DNA of 61,561 nucleotides, filler included, from Basidioascus undulatus (Eukaryota), in assembly GCA_000826855.1 (NCBI GenBank). It is 14 parts of 14 records of this genome, joined end to end, with 100 filler letters (N's around TTAATTAATTAA, not from the genome) between each part and the next. Parts side by side here need not be neighbours in the genome. Positions count along the whole stretch, not along the records: positions 49,969 to 52,792 come from JTLS01002632.1; positions 52,893 to 55,716 come from JTLS01002633.1; positions 55,817 to 58,639 come from JTLS01002634.1; positions 58,740 to 61,561 come from JTLS01002635.1; 10 more parts are not named here. One strand, written 5' to 3'. The notes below the pieces were generated by a model, which was given only the letters and a program-made list of their open reading frames with translations, had not been told where the DNA came from and searched no databases. A program made the translations under genes and the position numbers. Shown piece after piece: positions 50,243 through 60,656 of the stretch; the stretch's first letter is position 1; each line of letters opens with the position of its first letter.

Positions 50243-50707
50243 ATGATCGGCCTGGACGGCGACGCAGGGGGGCTCTTCCTCGCCTCCCTCACCCAGTCGC
50301 CCGAAGACCCCGACGCGTCCCCCTTCCCAGGCCGCTTCATCCTCGGCATCACCCTCCTCCTCCTCCTCCTCGCTTTCCAATTATCTAGCTCCATCGCTTT
50401 CCTCTCCACACCCTTCCCCCCCTCGGAGCTTGCTTTCCGCGCGGATCAACTCAGACTCGAACTCGCACTGCACCACCTTGACCAGTCTGCCGTTCCCGGC
50501 TGGGGGCTTCTGGTCGCTTGGCCGCTGCGGGGGCTGGATCGGTGCCGAGCACGGAAGGATTCGGGGATGGAAAGGCTGGGCTTAGAGCGATGGGTGTGGA
50601 GGGTCATTCTGTGCACGGTATGCGCGCCCGTTGCGGGCGTGCTCTGGGTCGCGAATTGGATGGAAGGCAGGCGGGAGTCTAGAGAGGTTGATTCTCAGCG
50701 TATATAA
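50243..50707 (+). CDS. C-terminal exon of an unidentified membrane protein
   Basis: Open frame with hydrophobic segments (FILGITLLLLLLAFQLSSSIAFL; WVWRVILCTVCAPVAGVLWV). No family recognised. Confidence 0.45.
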   Translation: MIGLDGDAGGLFLASLTQSPEDPDASPFPGRFILGITLLLLLLAFQLSSSIAFLSTPFPPSELAFRADQLRLELALHHLDQSAVPGWGLLVAWPLRGLDRCRARKDSGMERLGLERWVWRVILCTVCAPVAGVLWVANWMEGRRESREVDSQRI

Positions 50708-50856
50708 GTTCTCGAGACTCGGCATTTGATCTTGTGGGGTGGACGTCGAGCTCTCCACTCAGAGAGAATGTATGTACTGTCCAGCACTACCCTAGCTCTT
50801 GCGCGCGCTTGCATTGCGAACAGACGCAAAAGACTTCCGATCGCTGCAGCTCTAAT

Positions 50857-52005
50857 TCATGAAAGCGATTCACTGCTGTCGCCGCTCAGTGAAGCTGGTT
50901 TACGATCCACGACGTCCTCGGGCTGCATGACCGTGATCCCGTCCTCTCCCTCTCCCTCTCCTTCGCCCTCCCCGCGCACGATTCTCCAACGAGGCTACCA
51001 ATCGTCCAGCTCGGGCCTGTCCCTTAGCGCGAGCGACACCCATTGGAGCTCGTGCAGCTCGCGCGCAAACGCCCGCGCCTGCGGAGCCCGCACACGTAGC
51101 TGCGCTCCCCAGTCGTGCGGCGGCCGCTCATGCCCCGACAGCGCGAGGCTCGTCAGGTGCCGCGGGCTCGGCGCGGCGCGGGCGAGGGGAGCGGCGCGCT
51201 CGGCCTGCGGGGGAGGGAGTGCGGAGAGCGACAGTCTCATGAGGGTGGATGGTGAGTGGAGGATTCAGGAACCAACGCACGACGTTGTCCGGCTCGACGA
51301 TCAGTCCGTCATCATACGACGTGAATTCCAGGCTGCGCAGCGTCTTCTGCGCAGGGAGCATGTCTTCTAGCGGGACGCCGGCGAGGAGCCCGCACTCGTC
51401 GACCTCGAGGCGTTCGAGCGGGCAGGCCCTCGCGGCGCGCAGGACAGCCACGACGTGCTCCTCGATGTCGTCCGAGACGGCAAGGCTCGTGAGGCGCGCA
51501 CGCGCGCGAAGGCCGCCTGCAGCTGGAGGATGTCGTTGGAGGGCGGGAGGTGTTGCCCGAAGTAGGGGTGCGTGTGGAGCGTGCGCAGGTCGGGCGTGTG
51601 CGAGAGGAGCGCCAGCGAGCGGTAGAACGCGGACGGGGGGTGTAGACGAATTCTTCGGACATGTGTAGCCGGCTTGCAAGAAGCAAAAAGAAAAAAAAGG
51701 AAGACGATCAGCACACGACTGGAAAACGGAGCGCTCGCTTCTGCACACCGGTTCAGCCTGACCCGTCCCCTCGCATCTGCACACAGGCGCGCCGCCTGCT
51801 CAGCGCTGCCAAAGCTGACAGCGGACCAGATCCACGGCTCTGCGAGCGGAAGAGCTTGCAGACTAGGGAGGCCGCGCAGGTCGGCGGGAACCTCGATCTG
51901 CGCGGAGGGCACGCCCCGGAAGCCACGCTGGCCGAGCCGCTCGTGGTCAAGCCCCAGGTGCGCGACGATCAGCGGGAAGACCTCGTGGGGGAGAGGAGGT
52001 GCCAT
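50857..52005 (-). pseudogene. F-box-like / leucine-rich repeat protein pseudogene
   Basis: MAPPLPHEVFPLIVAHL F-box-like start, ASLVCKLFR in a shifted frame, frameshift between AAFARV and LTSLAVSDD (near 51495), LRSLEF and LTSLAL repeats, and TAG at 50995-50997 before a continuing PRWRIVR... frame. Confidence 0.65.
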
Positions 52006-54173
52006 GCGTGCTGTTTGGGGAGGAGTCCCAGAGGAAAGAGGAAGGTACGGTGAAGGTGGTGGAGATGATGAGAGGAGGAAATCAACTGTCATCTGCAAGA
52101 CTGCTGTACGATTTGCGTGCACAACGACTTAAGGCTATCCATGAGGTCGGCTTTTCTCTTTATACAGAACGAGCGGTAGCAAGCGATGAGGGGCACATAC
52201 AGGCGGCTGGCTGGCGTTGGGAGGCGGGCAGCCGAAAGAGCCCGCTGCGCAGCAGAGACGTGGACGCCAAGTCAGGACGGTGGCAGCTGCAATAATAAGG
52301 CGAGGCAATAATAAGGCGAGGGGCTCGGTTGGGCTGTGCCATTTGACAAGTACCCGCAACCGCCTCTGCGCAGTCGTTCAAATACACGAGGATGTCGTTG
52401 TGTTCAGCGAAAGAGATGCCGATTGAGATGGTTGAAGAGAAAGAAAGCCCGGACGTCACGTCTACACCCGGCATTTTTCTTGCCGATCTCGAGAAAAAAG
52501 ACAAGCGCGAGTGCGATACGATAGCGCGCGCCCAGAGGCTGCGAGCGGCGTCATCAACCAGGGCGTGTCTCGGACCCTGCACAGGGCAATCATCGACGCC
52601 AACGTCGTTCTGTTCTTGTTCGCTTGCATGTGGGAGCCATAGGCCGCAATAATGGACACAGACACGGCTCCATCCCCGTCCTCTCCTTCCTCCTTGCTCC
52701 CCTACCTCTCCTCCGAACCATCACCATCCCAATCTTCATCCTCCTTCTTCCATGTTGCTGAACGGGCGGGAAACGGGCGGTTAGTTGTCAGGNNNNNNNN
52801 NNNNNNNNNNNNNNNNNNNNNNNNNNNNNNNNNNNNTTAATTAATTAANNNNNNNNNNNNNNNNNNNNNNNNNNNNNNNNNNNNNNNNNNNNAGGGGGAG
52901 GGAGGCCGAGAGTAGGAGCGGAGGAAGGAGAGCGGGGAGGAGGGCCGTTTAAGCTTGGGTTTGGGCGGCGAGTCGGGCGGCGTCGCGTAAAGGGACGCGG
53001 AGGACATCCTGAGCGGGGAGCGGGGGGGTCGAGGTCGCTTGGCTGGAGGTGGTTGATGCATTGTGCATGGAAAAAGGGCAAGGGACGTCAGCTTATGACT
53101 TAGAAAAGGCCTGAATGGGTGTGGAAGACCGCGTCCCGCTCGCGCGTACTAGCTGTGTCGCCCTGACCCGTCTGAAGCCCAAGCACCAACCAACGCAGCG
53201 AGCACGGACTGACCGCACGCTCCAGCGCCAGATCCTAGTCCAACACGTCCTCTCCTCTCCTCTCCTCTCTCAGAATCAGACTCACAGCTCAGTTATGTAT
53301 CACCAGCCTGCAGCCCCTCAATCGAGCAATACCCAAGTCGAAGGTGCTTCCTGCTTCTCACGTCCAGCGTCCACCTTTCTCGCCTGGAGGATCGCAAGTG
53401 CAGCGCTTTGAGAAAAGAGGCAGTACGGCTCAAGTCCCGGCGTCGCGATATGATTCGGGGTGTCGAGGGTAGAGGGTATGTAATGCGGAGGAGGAGGCGG
53501 ATGAGACGAGGCGAGACGGGTCGGATCCTTCTCGGTGTGGGATATCGTGGGAATATGTCGGTGCGGACCGGGTATCGGGATATCGAGCGTGAGCAAAGAA
53601 ACAGTCGAGCGTGGTGGAGGGTGAGGTTGAGGAAGCGAGCGGAGTCGGGCAGTCCCCGCCGCGTCGCCGCCGACGATCATCCTGAGCGTGGCAGCCGCCG
53701 CGCACCCCCGGACGCTGCGACACTCCCGCCAAACCTTGTTTGCTCTGCCTGTCTTTTAACAGGCATCGATCGCGGTTCGGTAAACAGCAGACGCGTTAGC
53801 GAGAACTGATACATGAATTCATTTTTTGTTCTTCGACAGGTTCCTGGGTCATCATCCCGGATGAAGATTTTCTGGGGAGGGAGCGGGTGGAGTAGGATGA
53901 CTGAGCGGGCGGTGTAAGATTTGTAGTTGCTCTTGTTTTGCTTGCTCTTCAGTGCCAGACGTTGAATAGACAGCCGGTGGACAGAGAACTGCCGGTTCGA
54001 AGGACGATGCCGCTGCCATATGTGCACATTGTTGCGCAACACACCTTCCCGTCCGTCGCCCGTCACGCGTCGCTGCTACCGCCGACCCTCAAACCCGTCC
54101 ATCAACTCCTTCCCTCATACACTTTAGACTACCGCTTCTCAGCCTGAAAAGTGGACCGTGTCGCCGACAGCCA

Positions 54174-54810
54174 CACGATGCAGTTCGAGGCTCCCCAGGG
54201 GGTAGAGCCCGACGATCGTCGGCCCCTCCGTCTTCTGCCTGAAAGGAAGGAGAAAGGCATTGAAAGGCAATTCCGCCTTTTCGCCGTGTGAATGAACCCG
54301 ACTACTCCGGGGGTGAAGTGAGGGGCACGCAGTTCGCGTTCGCGCAATGCGGCTGCATTGTTTGCGCAAAAGCTGCATTGCAAGTCCATTGCACTCGTCT
54401 GAGGCTTGACTGTCCCTGGGAACCGATCTGCTCTTCCCATTCATTTCTTCCAAGGGGTGGGAGCACACGAGGCGGAAAAGTGCAAGCGAGCCTCGAGTAT
54501 ATACTGTCCGGATGGGGGGTTCTAGGCAGTTGGGCTTCCACGAGGCGCAGATAAATGGAGAGGAGGGGCCGCGCGTTCTGGTAGCAATTTCCTGTTTGAA
54601 TGGATGGGGATCGAGGGATGGCATGTGAGTTAAGAGGGGATATGAGGTACTTCATCAGCATGCAAGCGGAAACCGGGACAGCGAACGATGCAGTTACTCC
54701 GTCCGTCTTCTTTGAAAGCAATTGAAAGGAAAGGCACTACTTCCGCCTTTTTCGCCGTGTGAATGAACCCAACTCCACCGCAGGTGACGAGGGTGCAGTT
54801 TGCGCGATGG
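54174..54810. repeat. degenerate direct repeat pair with near-identical 29-30 nt core
   Basis: TTCCGCCTTTT(T)CGCCGTGTGAATGAACCC at 54271-54299 and 54741-54770, with shared flanks (ACGATGCAGTT, TCCGTCTTCT, ATTGAAAGG). Confidence 0.8.
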
Positions 54811-55831
54811 ATCGTTTGCTCAAACGACATATGGAGGTGCTCAATGCAGCCGGTTGAGTGTTGAATGTCACCCTACAAAGCTTAGAGTGGACCTCGACAC
54901 CGGGACAGCTCCTCATTTATTTCTGACAAGGAGGACGGGACAGGAGGAAGAGGAGGGCGGACCACTCAAGGCAACTCGTATCCTGAGCTTAGTGGATTCT
55001 GCGCTGCGTAAACAGGGACGGTGCCGCGGTGCCGGGAAGTTGGACGTCCACGAGGGGGAGGTCGCGCGGATTTGGGAAGCAACATCATATACTGGAGGAG
55101 TAAGTCGGAATCGAGGATTACAAATGTGGCATGGGAGGGGTGTCAGCCTACAAGCGGAAACAACCGATGAGGCTTGACTGTACTTTCCTGCCTGGCAGAG
55201 CCTGGGGTGCACCTCAACAAGCCATCTGCTTTTCATCCACGAGGCGCAACGGAGGGGAGGGAGGTCGCGCGTGTTTGGGAAGCAATGCCCTGGTCGAGTG
55301 CGTCGGGACCGAGGGATAGGGTTGTGAGGATATGGGGATATGGGGTCATGGGGGGGTATGCAAGGATACGAGGACTTTGGGCGAGGTAGCGGGGGGGAGA
55401 GTGGGGTGGTCTCGGACATGGACTGCTTGGCTGCGCGTCTATTGTGCAGAAAGAGCGAGGTTCAGGATGTATGAGCGGCTCGAGGTGTCTGGGGTGCGGC
55501 GGAGGAACGTGTACGGAAGGTGTGGTTTCGGAAAGTTGGTCAATAACTTGGAAAATCAGGGGAGAGAGGGCTACTTCTCGCGAAATGCGCAATGCGGAGG
55601 GGGCGAGGAGGCACGAGGAAGAGGGTGAAGCGCCGCTCATTGAGCGTCTTGAGGCAGGCTGTCGAACCCGCCGGCTTTCGTGTATAGATCAAGCCCCCAG
55701 AATAATTGGAGGACTTNNNNNNNNNNNNNNNNNNNNNNNNNNNNNNNNNNNNNNNNNNNNTTAATTAATTAANNNNNNNNNNNNNNNNNNNNNNNNNNNN
55801 NNNNNNNNNNNNNNNNTTTGAGCCTTTTAGA

Positions 55832-56338
55832 ATGGCGTTCTTCCCCGAAACCATCCCCCCCTCCAACCCGCCCACGTTCTCCTCTCGCGGCCGCTCCGTG
55901 CGCGTCCGTTCGAAGCGCAACATCCGCATCCCCGCCGCGCTGCTCATTCCGCCGCAGGCCGTCGCAGACGCGATCAACGCCGGGCCGCCGCTCGCGATCG
56001 TCGCCGAGAGCTCCCCGTCCACCGCGCCGTCTTCTCCCACCTCCCCGCCTTCTCGCAAGTCCTCCTTGGACGAACGGACACCTGTTGAACCTGTGCGACA
56101 CTATGCGCCGCGAGGAGCGAGCTTGAGCTCCGCATCTGTCCCAGCGCCCGCGCCCACGCCGAAGCAGCATAATCGCGACTCGACCGTGAGCTCGGATGCG
56201 GACGCGGACGACGAGGCCGGGTATGGGATCCTCGGCGATGTGCTCGACTCCTACGGCGGCGCGACGACAGATGACGAGAAGCGCTTGTCGAAGGCCTCCA
56301 GCATCGCGACGTCGTCGGACTACGGAGCGGCGCTGTGA
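55832..56338 (+). CDS. Ser/Pro-rich ORF, probably the terminal exon of an unidentified gene
   Basis: 168-aa GC3-rich frame preceded by TTTTAG and followed by a T-rich 3' UTR-like region. Confidence 0.55.
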   Translation: MAFFPETIPPSNPPTFSSRGRSVRVRSKRNIRIPAALLIPPQAVADAINAGPPLAIVAESSPSTAPSSPTSPPSRKSSLDERTPVEPVRHYAPRGASLSSASVPAPAPTPKQHNRDSTVSSDADADDEAGYGILGDVLDSYGGATTDDEKRLSKASSIATSSDYGAAL

Positions 56339-58739
56339 ATCTCTTTGGAATCGGACGCACATACTTTCTCGTTAATTGTAGTGATTTTCTTTCGAACTTT
56401 GCACACTGTTTTGGCAGTACTTTCGCTTGTATCATCTTTCTTTTGGGCCGTTCCGCTGCGTCGGAACGTGGTACACTGAGTTTTTTACATTTGTGGCTCT
56501 CTCGGGATGTTTTGGCCTTGCAAGTCTGGACTTGGTTCTTCTATTGCACGATTTGTGTTTCTTTGGAAGTCCGAGTCCGGGCGGTTTGCGCCATTGTTGG
56601 CCAGGTCACTGTCCAACGCCCGACGCATTCGGCAGGGATCAAGTCCGCCAGGGCGTCCGAGCGGCGTTCAAGTTGCCGGCTGGGGAGGACGCGTTAGATG
56701 GTCGCTGGGCTCGCTGGGCTCGTGAGCGAGCGGAGGAAGTTGACGGTCCCTGCCTTCTGGAACATAGTCGTGAGTGGCCCGCCCAGAGGGGTGATGCAGA
56801 AAGGAATGCGAGTTCGAGAACTGACCGTCTTCGTGAGGCGGGGATGCGCTTGCAAGGTGCACGAGAAGAACGGACAAGGTAAGTGTGTGGAACCGTATAG
56901 TCAAGATCGGGACAGGGAGAAAATGTGGTTCAGAGACTGCAGAAGAGAGAATGGGATTACCGCACACCGATTTCATAGAGGCGGCAGAGGAGGAAACACG
57001 GAATGGCAACGATGGCAGCGCGGCGTGCAAGCGCCGCTGCCGCTGCAGTTGCCAGCTCGCTCGGGCAGGCATATGGCATCCCCGAACGACGCATCGCAAC
57101 GTTACCCTACTCACCATGCCATTTGCAAGTTACCCTCAGCCTCTAAAGGCACGCGTGTTATGGCACAATGTTGAACGCTCGAAAGTGCATTTGGGATGAG
57201 GGCAAGCGACCACGGTCGTAGTGTCACACCTGCAGTACTCGTATGCGTTGGCCCGGCACAGGAGCAAGTATATTGACGTACAAAGCACTTCGGATGACCA
57301 TAATGGTATGAGTACCCAGGCAAAGTACAGTTTCACCCGAAAAGGAAATGAGCGAGTCACTTGCCTCTTGCACGTCCAAGCTTCCAACCATGCAGGCTTG
57401 AGGGTCAACACTGTCGACAGCCTTGCCATAGTCCCAGTTCGTGAACGCAGGACCAGTATTTCGTCCGAAATAGAGGGTACAGATATGAGGGAGAGGAGGG
57501 GCCGAGCGGGAGGTTAAAAAAATTAAAACTTGAAGTGGTTGATGCAGGCAGCCTCAGAAGGAAGAGCCAAGGCAGAGAGCTGTGCCAGCCGCAAACGGAC
57601 ATGCGCATTCCTCGCTTTTGGCTTCGTGAGGCAGAGGAGGATGGGAAAAGTTCGAAATGAAACGATGTTGTATTTTATGGTTATAATAGGATAGGAGATG
57701 ACGGTACGTGCGATTATGGTGGAAGGAGGCTGTGGAGGAACCGGGGGCGCCGCTGAGAGCTTCCTCTGGAGGAGGGAGCGCAAGGATCTCGAGTGGGCAA
57801 ATGTCATTAAATCCTAGGAGGCTTCTCAATTTGAGTCTATAAAAGACGGATGGTAAGGAGAGTGGCAATGTTGAGCAAATGAAAAAGGGGGAGCGGGGTG
57901 TCGGGGATCCGACTGCAGCGCGTCCTCTCGTCACGAGGACGAACGAGCTCCAACGCCACAGTCGGAGCTCGCTAAGCAGGCTCAACACGCACATTTATTA
58001 CACTCCCATCCAAATCTTTTTTTGTCAACATAGAGCACCACAACAAGACAAAGAACTCACAACTGTTTATTTGGCCCTCATCCCCAATCCTTGCTACTGT
58101 AATGTTGTAAGACACACTAGCATCCCCAGCATTATAGAGCGTGTGTGACGTCAGTTTCCGTTTCGCGTGGGCGGTCTCGAAGGCGTCGGCTTCGCCCTTG
58201 TTTTGCCGTCGCCGTCGCCGCCGCCGCCACCATCCATCGCATCGCATCGCATGGCCATCGCCATCGCCTGACCGCCCGCCCACAGCCTCGTCGGCCCCTC
58301 TAGCCTCGTTCTCTCTCGCACTTGCATATCACGCACAGCTAGATTGGACACTCGTCTTCTCCTCTGAGGATTCGCGCGCGCGCAGCTAGAAGCTAGACCA
58401 AGAGCGCGCGCGGCTTGAGAAGGAGAAGATAATAGTGGGGTCAGGATGAGCGGTGAGTCAGGGGTGCGGTGGTGTGGAATGCGATGGTGCGGGATGTGAT
58501 GTGATAGGGAGGGTTTGAAGAGGAGGGCGGGCGGGGGAGTGAGCGAAGCGGGAGGAGGGCGAAGCGATGCTCACGCGAGTTGAGAAGACGCTGCTCCTGC
58601 TCGCCCTGCCTGCCTGCCTTGTCCCTTCCGACTTAACGTNNNNNNNNNNNNNNNNNNNNNNNNNNNNNNNNNNNNNNNNNNNNTTAATTAATTAANNNNN
58701 NNNNNNNNNNNNNNNNNNNNNNNNNNNNNNNNNNNNNNN

Positions 58740-58809
58740 TAGTCAGATACTCTACCATTGAGCCAGCCGGCCTTGACCGACGCAGGGATCGAACCTGCAA
58801 CCCCCTGAT
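58740..58809 (-). tRNA. apparent circularly permuted tRNA gene (3' half 58809-58774, 1-nt linker, 5' half 58772-58740); anticodon incomplete, most likely Arg(ACG)
   Basis: Minus strand reads A-TCAGG-GGGTT-GCAGG-TTCGATC-CCTGC-GTCGGTC-A, then A, then GGCCGGC-TG-GCTC-AATGGTA-GAGT-A-TCTGA-CT-A (contig end). The two halves complement each other in the acceptor and anticodon stems. Confidence 0.75.
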
Positions 58810-59612
58810 CTCGACTACCAGCAAGACCAAGCTTACGGTGCGTGATAGTTCTGTTGAAAATTACATATCACTAAAACAGAATAAAAACAAGGTGAAATCA
58901 ATCTGGCTAGTAATGCCGGGCGTTTACCTGATTCACTTTAGTTTGGTCTCTCTTGCCGCAGTTCTTTCTCTCTGACCTTTGTAAATGTTCTTTTTCCTCT
59001 CCTCCACTTCCGATTGAAGTAGTTGATCGACTTTTGCCTTACCTCTTCCGATGCCGCAGCGTATTGCCATGAAGTGCTGGTCAAGGGCAAGAATAGTTTA
59101 TCCCTACGTTCTATGTGTTTCCAATGCATCTTCATGTTCGGGTGCTAAATATGTCATGTTTGTCACGTTACTTGCCATGAGCGGGCGGACAGGGCAAACA
59201 TTGTGCCTTGCAGGTACCGCAGACCTCGCAATCGAGCACAGTTTGCACGAGGGTGTATTGAGAACGGGCGAGAACGTATAGGACGAGATGGGGAAGGGCA
59301 ATGGTGATACAAAGAGCGAAATAGGAGGAAGCTCGTAGCAACCGACAACGAGCCGTGGCGGAAGCGAACAAAGAGGCGAAGAACGGCAGTCAGTATGGCG
59401 AGGGGCGGCACAATTGTATCGGAAGACGGGTTCACAGAGGAAGCCCCATTACGACGAGGGTGGCATGCATGGGTTATCAGCTGAAAGGCAGTCAGGCAGG
59501 TTTCTATGCTAATAAGCTGTATGTGTGGACCCGGCCAGCGTCAAATATATCAAAAGAGGCTCCACCAGGTAATGCGCCTGGGAAGACGGAGGCGCCAAAA
59601 GATGGGCAGGTA

Positions 59613-59648
59613 CGCAGTCTCGCAGTTTCGCAGTCTCGCAGTCTCGCA
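59613..59648. repeat. short tandem repeat (CGCAGTCT) x4.5
   Basis: CGCAGTCT CGCAGTTT CGCAGTCT CGCAGTCT CGCA, about 60 nt downstream of tRNA-Pro. Confidence 0.85.
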
Positions 59649-59707
59649 CTTCGCGTCAAACGACTCTGTCATATCTCCTCGCCTTTCACCGTGCCAAAAT
59701 GCAAAAA

Positions 59708-59805
59708 GGGCCTGACCGGGAATTGAACCCGGGACCTCTCCCATACATGCAGATGCATGGGCTTTGCAACCCGAAGGGAAAATCATACGACTAGACCATC
59801 AGGCC
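59708..59805 (-). tRNA. tRNA-Pro(CGG) with 26-nt intron (59744-59769)
   Basis: GGCCTGA/TCAGGCC acceptor stem, TTCCC-TT-CGG-G[intron]T-GGGAG anticodon arm, CCGGG-TTCAATT-CCCGG T arm, T5 terminator. The D loop has C where G18 is expected. Confidence 0.9.
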
Positions 59806-60656
59806 GACGCAGACCAACTTCAGCTCTTTTTTTCTCGGCGCTGGGCACTTTTAGAGTTAGAAGGGATCATTGAAAGATGGAGACACGGAAGTAAGGAGGA
59901 TATGGGCACAAATGCGAGCCCTGGAAGGCAGGGTGTGCTTGGGAAGTCGTGCCTGTGGGAAGTCGTGTCTGTGGTTCTCGGACGGGGACAGGCCTTGATC
60001 TACGCACATAGGCCTTGGCAGTGAAAGCCGCACTGTCAGATACTATTAAGCACCATACATGAATAAACTTTCATTGAAGAACATGATAGCTCGCCTAAAG
60101 TTGAGAGAACTTGCTGTACAGGTCAGCAAGCGCATTGGGAAAACTTGCCATCCGATGGACAGCAGCACGCATCGCACAAAGGAACAAATGTGTCTGTGTT
60201 GCTCTTCTCTACGAAACATACATTGGGATTTTGAAGATAGGCCCTAGATCAGTCTTATTCTTGCAGTTTTCGGCCAGACTGCAACCCAAATGTCGAGAGA
60301 AGGTGCCGGCCTGCTTGACCAGAAATGAAGAGTACCACCTTCCAAGCTGCACAACATCAGGATGCTACATTCATTCACAGAGTTCATGACTTGTTTGTTG
60401 TCGTTGAAGGTACGGAAAGAAGGTGTACGGTCGCAGTCTTCAGCGGTCCTCACCGCCGAAAGGTCGAGAAGGCACTCGGGGCTCGGGATCTTTCCGTTGA
60501 GCATGCGCGGCCTCGTCAAGATCAGCAACGCGCCCTTTCGACCTCATTCTCATCCTTCAACCGCTCCTCCTCATCATCCATCCCATTATCCACTCACAGA
60601 GAACTCTCTGAATACCTTCGAGATCCTGCCTTTACTCTCCTGCCTGCTCCATTCGA

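Noticed and set aside
58740..58900. The tRNA halves as two normal tandem tRNAs, the first with a long intron
   Set aside because: No acceptor or D-arm 5' half is visible upstream and T4/T5 runs intervene. A 3'-half remnant before an ordinary gene cannot be excluded and is kept as the refuting alternative.
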